Below, one piece after another: positions 11,683 through 22,650 of a stretch of DNA of 64,000 nucleotides. The position numbers and the translations under genes are program-made. A model generated the notes under the pieces. The model was not told where the DNA came from. It did not search any database and was given only the letters and a program-made list of their open reading frames with translations. Source of the stretch: an uncultured delta proteobacterium (lineage in GTDB: Bacteria; Desulfobacterota; Desulfomonilia; UBA1062). The stretch covers positions 288,001-352,000 of the forward strand of contig CAVVYZ010000005.1 of NCBI GenBank assembly GCA_963752595.1, written 5' to 3'. Position 1 is the first letter of the stretch. Each line of letters opens with the position of its first letter.

Positions 11683-13408
11683 GTGAAAGAGGCCAGGATC
11701 CTGATCATCGACGACGAAGAAGGTATCCGGAATACCTTCGGTGCATTCCTGGAGAAAGAGGGATATGCCGTTACAACCGCCCCGGATTACCAGGCAGCCG
11801 TTAATGCATTGGCAGCAAGCCCGGTTGACCTTGTGTACATGGATATCCTCCTCGGAGGTCCCCGTTCGGGCATCGAAATCCTCAAAGAGATGAAGGATCG
11901 AGGCTACCAATGCCCCGTGATCATGATCACCGGCGAGCCCAATATCGAAACCGCGGCAGCATCGGTGCGGCTGGGGGCCTTTGATTACATCCCAAAACCC
12001 ATCAAGCGGGAAGTCCTGGTCAGCACCACCAGGCATGCGCTCCGGCATAAGTCCCTCCTCGATGAAAAGCAGATCATCGAATCTCAGAAGGAGGAGTATC
12101 GCCTCCATCTCGAAGCCATTTTCAGAAGTGTTGAAGATGCCATTATCACCGTGGACACCGATTTGCGGATAACACAGGCGAATGAGGCCTTTGAAAAGAT
12201 ATGCGGCAGGAAGGCGCAGGATATCATCGGTGAACAGCCGGTGAAAATATGCAACAATTGCTGCAAGATGTGCTGCGAAGTTCTGAAAGAGTCTCTTGCT
12301 ACAAAACGCTCCATCCAGGAGTACCGGATCGAGTGCAAACGGTCCGACCGGTTCGAACAGGTCGTTGTGATCAGCATATCTCCCTTGAGAAACGCATCCG
12401 GCAGGCCTATCGGCGCAGTCATGGTCATGAGAGATATCACTCGCTTGTCCCACCTGGAGAAGCAGCTGCAGGACAGGCACCAGTTTCACAGTATCATCGG
12501 CAGGAGCCGGCAGATGCAGGGTATCTACGAACTCCTGGAAAATCTCAAAGACATCGACACCACGGTTCTTATTACCGGCCCCAGCGGCACCGGCAAAGAG
12601 CTCGTTGCCAAGGCAATCCATTTCAACGGGATGCGGGCGGCTCATCCCTTTGTTGTCGTGAACTGCTCCGCACTGGCTGAGAACCTCCTGGAGAGCGAGC
12701 TCTTCGGCCATGTGAAAGGGGCCTTTACCGGGGCGATCAAAGACAAGATCGGGCGATTCCACCTGGCGAATCACGGCACCATATTCCTCGACGAGATCGG
12801 GGATATCTCGCCGAAGACCCAGCTCAAACTGCTCCGGTTCCTTGAAAACAAGGAATTCGAAAGGGTCGGTGATTCAACGCCGATCAAGCTCGATGTGCAG
12901 GTAATCACGGCGACGAACAAGGACTTGAAGCACAAGGTCGAATCAGCTGAGTTCCGCGACGACCTCTACTACCGTCTCAAGGTCGTGGAGATAAAGCTTC
13001 CATCCCTTGCACAAAGGCGCGACGATATCCCTCCCCTGACGGGTCACTACGTAGAGGTGTTCAATAAGCGCTTCAACAAGCATATCATGGGGATATCCAA
13101 GGATGTAGAACGGATCTTCATGGAGTATCCCTGGCCCGGAAACATCAGGGAACTCATTCACACCCTCGAACATGCCTTCGTGGTCTGTAAAAATCACACC
13201 ATCGAGCCCGAGGACCTTCCTCCGGAATTCCGGGAACGCCTGATGCCCCAGAGCCCCTCACAAAAATCGGCATCATTGGAGAAAGACCGGATCATCCATG
13301 CTCTGAGCCAGACAGGATGGAACAAGGCAAAAAGCAGCCAGACTCCTTAAGGTGAGCCGTCAGACCATGTACCGCAAAATTGAGGAGTATGAGATACCTG
13401 TCCCTTGA
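11683..13408 (+). CDS. Sigma-54-dependent response regulator (REC-PAS-AAA+-Fis HTH), frameshift near 13333
   Basis: REC LIIDDE...MDI...PKP; PAS; [40 protein letters not shown]. Removing one A from an A-run restores [20 protein letters not shown], ending at TGA 13408. Confidence 0.9.
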
Positions 13409-13417
13409 GAGATGATG

Positions 13418-13465
13418 TGTAACATGTGACGCTTGTGTCTCTGTAACATCCCTTTTCCTGTTACA
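13418..13465. promoter_or_regulatory. Putative enhancer (UAS) sites for a sigma-54 activator
   Basis: TGTAACA at 13418 and 13442 and TGTTACA at 13459 (TGTAACA-N10-TGTTACA inverted repeat), 100-150 nt upstream of a -24/-12 element. Confidence 0.55.
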
Positions 13466-13566
13466 TGTTCCAGCCCGTACTTACTCGCCGAGAAAACCTG
13501 TCAGATATTTCTTAACAACTTATTAATAATCATTATATCAGGCATCCTCCCCAGCTTCTTAATCAC

Positions 13567-13582
13567 TGGCACGGGATTTGAC
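13567..13582 (+). promoter_or_regulatory. Sigma-54 -24/-12 promoter
   Basis: TGGCACGGGATTTGAC (TGGCAC-N5-TTGA, variant -12), preceded by an AT-rich IHF-like tract at 13503-13540. Confidence 0.6.
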
Positions 13583-13607
13583 ATCCTTGATAACCGGAGG
13601 GCGACAC

Positions 13608-14003
13608 ATGGTGAAACACCCAGGAAGAAAATTTGATGCCATGAGAAAAAAACCTGAAGTATTTCAGATCCGGACGGATACGATTTCCAGGTTCCTGGGT
13701 GAGGAAGATCATCCCCTTTTTATTGCAGCGCTACGGAAGGATGCGGATTACGCCAAAAATATCCGACAGCTGTCGGATGTGGCGGAAGAGTTCGAGAAAG
13801 AGGGCCTCATCGTATGTTATACCCTGGAAGACTTACTCCCCTATTTCACTATCCGCTTCGGTATTGGAGGCACTCCGACCTTTCTCATGATTGTCGGCGG
13901 AATAGTCCTCGGCACAATGCTCGGAAAGAATTCCAGTTCCTCACTCGTTCAATTTATCCGTGAGCATCTATGCGAATACAAAACCGGCGGAAAGACCGGT
14001 TAA
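13608..14003 (+). CDS. Thioredoxin-fold-like hypothetical protein lacking CxxC
   Basis: GGAGG RBS; C-terminal RFGIGGTPTFLMIVGG...MLG resembles the thioredoxin cis-Pro strand; no CxxC. Confidence 0.55.
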   Translation: MVKHPGRKFDAMRKKPEVFQIRTDTISRFLGEEDHPLFIAALRKDADYAKNIRQLSDVAEEFEKEGLIVCYTLEDLLPYFTIRFGIGGTPTFLMIVGGIVLGTMLGKNSSSSLVQFIREHLCEYKTGGKTG

Positions 14004-14092
14004 ATGATCGTGAAAAAGCTCAAGAAATGAGGACCACAAGACCAAGTAACGGGTGAAGAAATAGATTGCGGATTTAAAATTCTGTTGATTAT

Positions 14093-14173
14093 GGGGGAAG
14101 GGCATGGGAAACCTCGCGGTCTTTGGGTCCCCCCCGTTGGATCGTGAGAGACCATGCCCAACCCCCTTCCCCA
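14093..14173. repeat. GC-rich multi-stem inverted repeat (REP-like/structured RNA)
   Basis: GGGGAAGGG/CCCTTCCCC, GGGCATGG/CCATGCCC and CTCGCGGTC/GATCGTGAG arms, followed by an A-run. Confidence 0.55.
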
Positions 14174-14235
14174 AAAAACAAATCGAACCGGCTTTCACTG
14201 GAAATAAGGCCCGCAGCGTAACGCTAGTGTTTCCA

Positions 14236-14263
14236 TAAAGATTCTCATGGGAAATCTCGATAG
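14236..14263 (+). promoter_or_regulatory. Sigma-28/FliA-like promoter of the MCP/che cluster
   Basis: TAAA-N16-CTCGATAG (TAAAG start), about 95 nt before the MCP ATG. Confidence 0.5.
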
Positions 14264-14356
14264 AGTGTCAATGTGCAGATAATGCAATGGCAAGTTTGGG
14301 AAGAGAGTGTGGAAAGAAGATTTCGTATCCAGATATAAAAAAAAGGGGGGGATATT

Positions 14357-16519
14357 ATGTTCCAGAATCTCAAGCTAGGACCAAAGGTTACCTTAATAGG
14401 CACGGCGATTCTCCTTGTTTCTCTGGCTACCGTGGGCATCGTTGCCGTAAACAAGGCTTCTCAAAGCCTTACGGCAATAGAAAACGAACAGCTCATGGGC
14501 ATAACCAAATCCATGGCCGAAGGGATCGATCATGTTCTGAAATCGGAAATGAAAACTGTACTGGACCTCTCAGTGAGCGGCCCCGTCATCCGGGCAGCCT
14601 CTGCAGTTGCGAAAAGCGGGGAGGTCAACGCCGGGAATGAAATTGAGCTCCTGAAAGGGCAGCTCACGAGGTTCAGCCAGACAGAAGGCCTGCAGGACAA
14701 TTCCCAGGTGGCATTTATCACGGATGGGGAGGGCAAGGTTTTCGCCGCCACACAGAAGGAATACCTTGGTGTCTCCTTCGCAGACAGGCAGTATTTCAAG
14801 GATGCCATAGCTGGCAAACCCAATATCGGCAAGGCCAACATCAACAAGGTGACCGGTGAGCCGTTCGTCCCTGTTGTCGCACCTGTTTATTCAGAGGGCA
14901 GAATCGTCGGGATGGTCGCAAACATCCTCGATATCGGATATATCAACACCCTCATCGCCGGAGCAAAGGTGGGCAAGACCGGGTATGCATTCATGATCGA
15001 TAACGAAGGCCTGTTTGTCGCTCACCCGAAAAAGGAGAATATCCTGAAGCTCAAATGTACGACCCTTGCCGGCATGGAAGAGATATCGAAAAAGATGAGC
15101 TCGGGCCAGTCAGGTGTTGAGCACTATGTTTTCAACAACGTTGCCAAGACCGGCGGATTCGCACCGGTGAAGACAACCGGCTGGAGCATCGGACTGTCAC
15201 TTCCCGACGAAGAATTCCTGGCGACTGCGAAAGAGGTGCGGAATCTCATCTTCGTAATCACAGCGATCTTTACCTTGATAGCCTGCACCGTCTTCTTCCT
15301 TTTCGCCAGGACCGTCACCAGGAGGTTGAAAACAGCCCAGGATGCGGCGGATGCCCTGGCACGATTCGATTTCAACCAGGTGATCACCGTGAGCGGCAAT
15401 GATGAGATCGGGCTCATGCTCGCTTCCATGAAGCGTATGATCGACAAGCTCAAAGAGGGATTCACAAAGGTCAAGGATGCAGCAAATGCGATTGCCGGAG
15501 GAAACCTGAATTACGCCATCGACCATACGGGAGACGATGAGATAAGCCTTATGCTCGCTTCCATGAAGCGCATGATCGACAAGCTGAAAGAAATCGTCCT
15601 GTCCGTCATCAACGCAAGCGAAAACGTTTCTTCAGGAGCCGAGGAGCTCAGTTCCACGGCCGAGCAGATGTCACAGGGTGCGAGCGAGCAGGCCTCCGCA
15701 GCGGAAGAAGCTTCTTCGTCCACGGAACAGATGGCATCCAATATCCGTCAGAATGCGGACAATGCCCAGCAGACAGAAAAGATAGCCGTCAAGTCCGCCC
15801 TGGATGCAACCGAAGGCGGCAAGGCAGTGGGAGAGACCGTGACGGCCATGAAAACCATTGCAGGCAAGATCGCCATTATCGAAGAGATTGCACGCCAGAC
15901 CGACCTCCTGGCATTGAACGCAGCCATAGAGGCTGCACGAGCGGGTGAAGCCGGAAAGGGCTTTGCGGTCGTAGCGGCGGCAGTGAGGAGGCTTGCTGAA
16001 AGATCTGCGGATGCAGCCGGAGAGATCAGCAGGCTTTCTGTATCGAGCGTGGAGGTAGCGGTAAAGGCAGGCGAGCTGCTCTCCCGGATCGTGCCCGATA
16101 TCCAGAAAACTGCGCAGCTCGTCCAGGAAATCACTGCAGCAAGCAATGAGCAGGATTCGGGGGCAGAACAGATCAATGGGGCAATCCAGCAGCTCAACCA
16201 GGTGGTTCAGCAGAATTCATCGGCTGCCGAAGAGATGTCCTCCACGGCAGAAGAACTCTCCTCACAGGCAGAGGAGCTCCAGAGCGCCATTGCTTTTTTC
16301 AAGGTTGACGATACGAGGAAAAGAAACGGCACACGTCTGCAGAGTACATATGCCGGGGGCGGTGCTCATCAGACCCATGTGGCGCGCATCAATGCCGGAA
16401 CCCCTGTTCACGGTTCAAAAAAGGAACCGGAATCGTCAAAACCTTCGGGGATAAATCTCGACATGGGGCCGGGTGAACTAATGGAGGACCGGAAGGATGA
16501 TGACTTTGAGCGTTATTGA
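14357..16519 (+). CDS. Methyl-accepting chemotaxis protein (TM-dCache-TM-HAMP x2-MA)
   Basis: Two TM helices flanking a Cache domain (ADRQYF, GYAFMID, VAHP); hairpin [30 protein letters not shown]; C-terminal DDDFERY. Confidence 0.95.
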   Translation: MFQNLKLGPKVTLIGTAILLVSLATVGIVAVNKASQSLTAIENEQLMGITKSMAEGIDHVLKSEMKTVLDLSVSGPVIRAASAVAKSGEVNAGNEIELLKGQLTRFSQTEGLQDNSQVAFITDGEGKVFAATQKEYLGVSFADRQYFKDAIAGKPNIGKANINKVTGEPFVPVVAPVYSEGRIVGMVANILDIGYINTLIAGAKVGKTGYAFMIDNEGLFVAHPKKENILKLKCTTLAGMEEISKKMSSGQSGVEHYVFNNVAKTGGFAPVKTTGWSIGLSLPDEEFLATAKEVRNLIFVITAIFTLIACTVFFLFARTVTRRLKTAQDAADALARFDFNQVITVSGNDEIGLMLASMKRMIDKLKEGFTKVKDAANAIAGGNLNYAIDHTGDDEISLMLASMKRMIDKLKEIVLSVINASENVSSGAEELSSTAEQMSQGASEQASAAEEASSSTEQMASNIRQNADNAQQTEKIAVKSALDATEGGKAVGETVTAMKTIAGKIAIIEEIARQTDLLALNAAIEAARAGEAGKGFAVVAAAVRRLAERSADAAGEISRLSVSSVEVAVKAGELLSRIVPDIQKTAQLVQEITAASNEQDSGAEQINGAIQQLNQVVQQNSSAAEEMSSTAEELSSQAEELQSAIAFFKVDDTRKRNGTRLQSTYAGGGAHQTHVARINAGTPVHGSKKEPESSKPSGINLDMGPGELMEDRKDDDFERY

Positions 16520-16634
16520 TAGAGGGAGTATGGTGCAGGCTTTTTGCAACTGATGAGATTATAGGCATCCCGACAGATAAGTACGGATAAAGGTACACGG
16601 CTGTTAAATCGGCCATATAAAAAAGGAGAACGAG

Positions 16635-17174
16635 ATGAGTGTTATGGGAATAACCGAAGTGACGCAGTATCTCTCGTTTCACTTGGACGAGGAGGAGTTT
16701 GCGCTGGAGATATCCCGGGTGCGGGAAGTGCTCGATTTCACAAAGATCACCAAGGTGCCCCAATCGCCACCCTTCATGAGGGGCGTGATCAACTTGCGGG
16801 GTTCGGTGGTACCGGTGGTTGACCTCAAGCACAAGTTCGGCATCGGCGCAACCGAGAAGACCGTCCTTACCAGGATCATCATCTGCGAGATCAACATTGA
16901 CGAGGGGTTGGCCGTCATCGGTGCTCTGGCCGACTCCGTGCACGAGGTCATGGATATCGAACCGGAGAACATCGAGCCTGCCCCGAAGATAGGGACCAGG
17001 CTCAATATCGAGTTCCTGAAAGGCATGGGAAAACGCGATGAAGAGTTCATCATGATCCTCGACATCGATAAGGTCTTCTCCGCCGACGAACTCTCCCTGG
17101 CTTCCCAGGCCGGGCGCAACCCGCAAGACCCGGGAAGAGATGAACCGCACCGGGAAACAGCAACTCCAGCGTAA
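16635..17174 (+). CDS. cheW: Chemotaxis coupling protein CheW
   Basis: QYLSFHLDEEEFAL, VPQSPPFMRGVINLRGSVVPVVDL, ADSVHEV. Confidence 0.95.
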   Translation: MSVMGITEVTQYLSFHLDEEEFALEISRVREVLDFTKITKVPQSPPFMRGVINLRGSVVPVVDLKHKFGIGATEKTVLTRIIICEINIDEGLAVIGALADSVHEVMDIEPENIEPAPKIGTRLNIEFLKGMGKRDEEFIMILDIDKVFSADELSLASQAGRNPQDPGRDEPHRETATPA

Positions 17175-17195
17175 GAAAAGCCCGACATATGCCTC

Positions 17196-17233
17196 AATCG
17201 GCTATCCTCTTGCATGCAAGGGGATAGCCGATT
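17196..17233 (+). terminator. Long near-perfect hairpin between cheW and cheR
   Basis: AATCGGCTATCCTCTTGC-AT-GCAAGGGGATAGCCGATT; no U-tract, so it may be a stabilising or processing stem rather than a terminator. Confidence 0.5.
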
Positions 17234-17325
17234 CCATGTAGTACGAAAAGTCCGTGAATGACAAAGCCATACACCCGGGGAAAAGACCGGTCATAGAGTT
17301 TCATCCTTATATTCTTCTTTGTTTG

Positions 17326-17353
17326 TAAAGAATCCCGGCTGAAAATCCGATTT
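17326..17353 (+). promoter_or_regulatory. Sigma-28/FliA-like internal promoter upstream of cheR
   Basis: TAAA-N16-TCCGATTT (TAAAG start). Confidence 0.45.
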
Positions 17354-17498
17354 CTATGAAGAGGAAATCTTAGAAATTGAAACTGAACCGGGGGGGAGAT
17401 TCACGGGGGAGACGATCTTGAAAAAAGCTCATACTCCTTCTTATCTTCTTTCCTGTAATGGGGCTAATAATGAAGCGGAATGCACGGACAAAAAAACG

Positions 17499-18407
17499 AT
17501 GGCAGCTGTATGGAAGAATGAGCATAAAGACAACGGCATGACTGCGAACAACCAGGAGAACCCAGCGGCTGTCAGAGCCGGAATGTCGAATGAGCTGTTC
17601 AAGCGCCTGAGCGAGTTTATTTATACGGAGTCGGGCATAAAAATGCCCTACTCCAAGAAGACCATGCTCGAAGCCAGGCTGCAGAAGCGGCTTCGCTCCA
17701 TGGGACTGAGCTCGTTTAACGAGTACTGCTCCTACCTGTTCAGCCCCGAAGGGATTGCCAACGAACTCGTGCACATGATCGATGTGGTCACCACGAACAA
17801 GACCGAGTTCTTCCGCGAACCCCAGCACTTCGAGTATCTCATCGAATACGTGCTGCCCGAGCTCATCGATAAAAAAGGCGCAGGCATCCGGAGGCCCTTG
17901 ATGGTCTGGTCGGCGGCATGCTCTTCCGGTGAAGAGCCCTACACGCTGGCCATGGTCCTTGACCAGTTCTCACGCAGGGCACGGGGTTTCTCCTACCAGG
18001 TGCTGGCGACCGATATCTCTACCAGGGTCATCGAAACAGCCCGGGAGGCCGTATACGATGATGAGAAGGTTGATCAGATTCCGCCGGAGTTCAGGCGCCA
18101 TTACCTGATGCGCAGCAAGGACAGGTCAAAGGGGCTGGTGAGGATCGTGCCCGAACTGAGGGCCCACGTGAGATTTCGCAGACTCAACTTCATGGCCTCG
18201 GATTTCGGGATGCGCGAGAAGATGGATGTAGTATTCTGCAGAAACGTGCTCATCTATTTCGACCGCCCGACCCAGGAAATAGTGATCAATCATATCTGCA
18301 GCCATCTGCATCCGGGCGGATACCTTTTCACCGGCCACTCGGAAACCATCAACGGCATGAACGTACCCTTGCAGCAGGTAGCCAACACGGTATCCCGGAG
18401 ACTCTAG
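17499..18407 (+). CDS. cheR: Chemotaxis methyltransferase CheR
   Basis: TTNKTEFFRE, WSAACSSGEEPYT, ATDIS, FCRNVLIYFD, GHSE; start uncertain (17418/17499/17538). Confidence 0.95.
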   Translation: MAAVWKNEHKDNGMTANNQENPAAVRAGMSNELFKRLSEFIYTESGIKMPYSKKTMLEARLQKRLRSMGLSSFNEYCSYLFSPEGIANELVHMIDVVTTNKTEFFREPQHFEYLIEYVLPELIDKKGAGIRRPLMVWSAACSSGEEPYTLAMVLDQFSRRARGFSYQVLATDISTRVIETAREAVYDDEKVDQIPPEFRRHYLMRSKDRSKGLVRIVPELRAHVRFRRLNFMASDFGMREKMDVVFCRNVLIYFDRPTQEIVINHICSHLHPGGYLFTGHSETINGMNVPLQQVANTVSRRL

Positions 18408-18947
18408 ATGAAAGGCAAACACGGATCCCATCTCAAGACTCTCTACCTGAAGCCCGGCGAGATTCACCTGACCCGTGAACCTTCACTGATCACCACGGTC
18501 TTGGGCTCCTGCATTTCCATCACCATGCACCATAAGGCGACAGGCTTCAGCGTCATATGCCATGCGGTCATGCCGAGCCGCTCGGAAGCGAGGAAAAAGG
18601 ACGATAACGGCATTGATATCTTCCAGTACGTGGACTCTTCCCTTGAATGGATGATTTCGCAATGCAGAAAAAACGGCATAAAACCAGAATCGGTCGAGGT
18701 CAAAATGTTCGGCGGGGCCGCGCAGTTCAATGAGGCCAAGACCCTCTGGAGAGACCTCGGGGTAGGCAAGAGAAATATCGAGGTGGCCATGGAGACGCTC
18801 AAGAAGAACACGGTGAAACTCACTGCATGGAATGTGGGAGGAAACCAGGGCCGCAAGCTCATATTCAACACGCTCACCGGAGAGGTGCTTGCCCGGTTCA
18901 TCAGCAGGACCGATGTATCCTTGATTGATTTAGGGGGGAGAAAATGA
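18408..18947 (+). CDS. cheD: Chemoreceptor glutamine deamidase CheD
   Basis: [39 protein letters not shown]. Confidence 0.93.
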   Translation: MKGKHGSHLKTLYLKPGEIHLTREPSLITTVLGSCISITMHHKATGFSVICHAVMPSRSEARKKDDNGIDIFQYVDSSLEWMISQCRKNGIKPESVEVKMFGGAAQFNEAKTLWRDLGVGKRNIEVAMETLKKNTVKLTAWNVGGNQGRKLIFNTLTGEVLARFISRTDVSLIDLGGRK

Positions 18948-20014
18948 AGAAGATCAAAATCCTCATCGTTGATGATTCAGCTCTGGTGCGCCAGACCCTT
19001 CGTGATATCCTCTCATCAGATCCCCGCATAGAGGTCATGGGTACGGCACCTGACCCCTTTGTTGCAGCCGAGAAGATGCGGGAATTCGTGCCCGATGTGA
19101 TCATGCTGGATGTGGAGATGCCCAAAATGGACGGGCTGACGTTTTTGAAGAAGATCATGGGGCAGCATCCGATTCCGGTGGTGATCTGCTCGTCTTTGGC
19201 GGGCAAGGGAACGGAAACCGCGATGAAGGCGCTCGAGTTCGGGGCGGTAGAGGTCATCCATAAGCCGGCACTGGGCACCAGGCAGCTGCTCCAGGAGTCC
19301 ACCACCCTCATCTGCGATGCCGTGGTCGCAGCATCGAGGGTCAGTGCAAAGAAAAAGGCCGTTGATTATTCCCTGGCAACGCCAAAGCTCAGCGCCGACG
19401 TGATACTGGCCAGGCCGAAAACCGATGCGGTCTTGCAGACCACGGAAAAGGTCGTGGTCATAGGCGCTTCCACCGGAGGCACCGAGGCCCTCAGAGAGGT
19501 TCTCGAAGCCCTGCCTGAAAACTGCCCCGGCATCGTCGTTGTCCAGCACATGCCCGAAGGCTTTACCACCGCCTTCTCAAGCAGGCTCAACGGCCTGTGC
19601 AAGATCACCGTCAAGGAAGCAGCCAACAACGATACCGTCCTGCCCGGCCATGCGCTCATCGCCCCGGGCAACAGGCATATCCTCCTCAAACGGAGCGGCG
19701 CACGGTATTATGTAGAAATCAAAGACGGCCCGCTGGTCTCCCGCCACAGGCCCTCGGTGGATGTCCTCTTCCGCTCGGCTGCCCGGTATGCGGGAAGAAA
19801 TGCCTTAGGCATCATCATGACCGGCATGGGTGACGACGGCGCCAAAGGCATGCTCGAACTCAAACAGGCCGGAGCCTATACCATCGCCCAGGACGAATCC
19901 TCCTGCGTCGTCTTCGGCATGCCGGCCGAAGCCATCAAACTCGGCTCCGTCGATAAAATCCTCCACTTAGGCGCTATGCCCCGTGAAATTATGCGGATCT
20001 ATGCTCAAACGTAA
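18944..20014 (+). CDS. cheB: Chemotaxis response-regulator methylesterase CheB
   Basis: REC domain plus [25 protein letters not shown]. Confidence 0.97.
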   Translation: MKKIKILIVDDSALVRQTLRDILSSDPRIEVMGTAPDPFVAAEKMREFVPDVIMLDVEMPKMDGLTFLKKIMGQHPIPVVICSSLAGKGTETAMKALEFGAVEVIHKPALGTRQLLQESTTLICDAVVAASRVSAKKKAVDYSLATPKLSADVILARPKTDAVLQTTEKVVVIGASTGGTEALREVLEALPENCPGIVVVQHMPEGFTTAFSSRLNGLCKITVKEAANNDTVLPGHALIAPGNRHILLKRSGARYYVEIKDGPLVSRHRPSVDVLFRSAARYAGRNALGIIMTGMGDDGAKGMLELKQAGAYTIAQDESSCVVFGMPAEAIKLGSVDKILHLGAMPREIMRIYAQT

Positions 20015-20034
20015 GCGAAAAGGAGCTCTTCATT

Positions 20035-21878
20035 ATGATACGAGACCTCATGAATGTTACCCTGAACAGGTTTTTAAGCACAAAACCTTACGGGGATAAC
20101 GGAAAACCCGGCAGTGAAGCCAGAAGCATCCATGATCTGCAGGATGACCTGGAAGGGATAAACGAGGTCCTGAAAAATCTTGCCTCATCCTCTGAAAAGG
20201 GCTTTCTCGATATCGGGACCAAGCTTCAGGATATCTATTCGCGCACCACTACCATGGCCGAACTGGGTGCCTCGGTAGTACAGGTCATGACCGGAGAAGG
20301 AATTAAAAATGCCATCGGGGGGCTCGCAACGATCCTCGAAGAGCTCAAAGGCCACCTCGAGAATTCGGAGAACGGCTTTGGTAAAATATCCCATGGGCTT
20401 GCCGATTATCAGAAGACCTTGAAGGAGGTTACTTCATACCTCGAAAAATTCAGAATGCTCGTTCTGAACCTGGATATGCTGGGGTTTTTTACCAGGGTGG
20501 AGAACGCCCATATTTTAAGCGGAGACACCGGCTTCGCTGATCTCACCAATGACGTGAAGGCGCTGTCAAGAAGGATCTTTGACAAGTCCACCCAGATCCA
20601 ATCGAAATCAGTAGGTCTCTCCATTCTCATCAACCAGGCGCTGGCCGAATTCTTTAAATTCAAGGAGAGCCACAGGACCCATGCAATGACGATGCTCAAT
20701 CATTCGGTCACGAATCATAAACTTCTCGTGAATAAACATCGTTCGGCTACTGAAACGGCGCACCAGATATCAAGCAAATCTCACCAGATCAAGGGAAAGG
20801 TGGGAGATATCGTCTCAAGCCTGCAGTTCCATGATATCACTTCACAGCAGATCGGCCATGTGAGCGAGGTGATCGAAAGCCTGCAGGACAGCGTCAATTC
20901 CAGCACCCTATCCGATGCAGAAAAAACAGGGATTATCAGCGAGGTGTGCGCCCTCCAGATCTCGCAGCTGGGTAACTCCAAGAAAGCGGTTCACACCGCT
21001 GTGGAGTCGGTTATCGGGAGTCTGAATAAGATAGCCGGAGGTATTCAGGATCTGCTTGAAGAAACCCGCAAGGTTTCCTGGGCATCGGATATCGAGGGCT
21101 TGAGCTTCATGGAAGAGCTTGACTTCGGTATATCGACAGTTATCAAGTGCCTTGATGAAAACATCACCGAACAGACCGGCCTGACCAATACCATGTCCTC
21201 GGTAAGCTCCATGGTCTCCGAGATGTCGGGGTTCGTGGGGGAAATTGAAAACCTGGGATTGAATCTCCAGCTCATTGCCTTGAATGCGCGGATCAAGGCG
21301 GCACATATGGGCAAGGAAGGCGCTGCCCTGGATACGATATCAGGCAGCATCTATGAATTATCAAAGGACTCCCGCACCGATACGAGCGTCCTTTCCCATA
21401 TGCTCGCCAGTGTCGTGGACATCGCCAAACAATTTGATTCAATCTCGAAAACATGCACAGTGGCCAGGAGAAGAACGTGGAGGCCCTGGTGGAGAACCTG
21501 AAGGACCTCCTCTTCTCGCTCCATGAGATGAATGACTCCGTATTCAAAAGCCTTATAGAGATGAATACCATGGGCGAGTCTCTCATTGAGGACATCGGAA
21601 AGATCACCTCCGGCGTCACGGTACACCATGAAATACAGAACGTGATCGGTGATGTGATGGGTGAGTTCGAAGAGTTACGGTGCGAATCGAACGGCATGCA
21701 CCCGTATGATAGGAGAACGAAATCTTCTTCTTTTATGGATGAACTCCAGAAGTACTATACCATGGAAAGCGAACACAAGATCCATGCAGATTATATGAAT
21801 CCCCGGGATGTACCGGATTCACCGGCCACATCCAAGGGTAACGCTTCGGAATATGGAGATAATGTTGAATTGTTTTAG
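20035..21878 (+). CDS. Cytoplasmic MCP-like coiled-coil chemosensory protein, frameshift near 21440
   Basis: Degenerate MCP hairpin LQLIALNARIKAAHMG; LQFHDITSQQIGHV; C-terminal YTMESEH...GDNVELF in ORF 21453..21878; no TM segment. Confidence 0.7.
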
Positions 21879-21913
21879 AGGAGTTTAAGAGAGTACAGGT
21901 AAGGAGTCTGAGT

Positions 21914-22267
21914 ATGGGCGAGATAGTACTGGAAACAATGGCGGGGGGGAGAAAGGTGCTGAAGCTGAGCGGTGAACTCACGATAGAGATCTCGCCGCGA
22001 TTGAAGGGTGCATTTCTCGAGGCTTTTGAGAGCGGCCATGGGCTTGGGGTGGATGTGAGCAAAGCGGAGATGATCGATCTGGCGTGCGTGCAGGTCCTCT
22101 GTGCAGCGCACCGGCATTTCGTAGGCGGCGGGTTGAGTCTGGTTATTGCCGGCGATATTCCGGAGAGCGTTCGCAGGTCATTGAACGATACGGCCATTGA
22201 TTCTTCCACCTGCAATTCAGCCTGCACTTCACAATGCCTGTGGGCCAAGGGAGGCGGACATGTCTAA
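21914..22267 (+). CDS. STAS domain protein
   Basis: LKLSGELTIE...VDVSKAEMIDLACVQVLCAAH; lies immediately before cheY. Confidence 0.85.
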   Translation: MGEIVLETMAGGRKVLKLSGELTIEISPRLKGAFLEAFESGHGLGVDVSKAEMIDLACVQVLCAAHRHFVGGGLSLVIAGDIPESVRRSLNDTAIDSSTCNSACTSQCLWAKGGGHV

Positions 22268-22628
22268 GCGCATATTGAGCGTGGATGATTCGGCGAGCAT
22301 CCGGCAGATGGTCTCATTCACCCTCAGGAATGAGGGGTATGAGGTAATCGAGGCAACAGACGGCAAGGATGCCCTTGCCAAGCTCGGCAGAGGCACCCCG
22401 GTGAGCCTGGTGATCACGGACCTGCACATGCCGAACATGGATGGCATAGAGCTCATCAAGCATTTGCGGTCCAATCCGGCACATAAGTTCACTCCCATCG
22501 TCATGCTCACCACGGAATCCCACCAGGACAGGAAGGAACAGGGAAAGCAGGCCGGGGCCACGGGATGGATCGTGAAGCCCTTCAAGCCCGATCAGCTCGT
22601 TTCGGTGGTCAAGAGGCTTCTGGGTTGA
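22260..22628 (+). CDS. cheY: Chemotaxis response regulator CheY
   Basis: ILSVDDS, ITDLHMPNMDG, MLTTES, GWIVKPF; GGAGG RBS. Confidence 0.93.
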   Translation: MSKRILSVDDSASIRQMVSFTLRNEGYEVIEATDGKDALAKLGRGTPVSLVITDLHMPNMDGIELIKHLRSNPAHKFTPIVMLTTESHQDRKEQGKQAGATGWIVKPFKPDQLVSVVKRLLG

Positions 22629-22650
22629 TAATTTAAGGGGAGGTAATTCC

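Noticed and set aside
17234-17420. c-di-GMP (GEMM) riboswitch upstream of cheR
   Set aside because: The GGCAAAC...GAAA...GACGCAAAGC core is not present.
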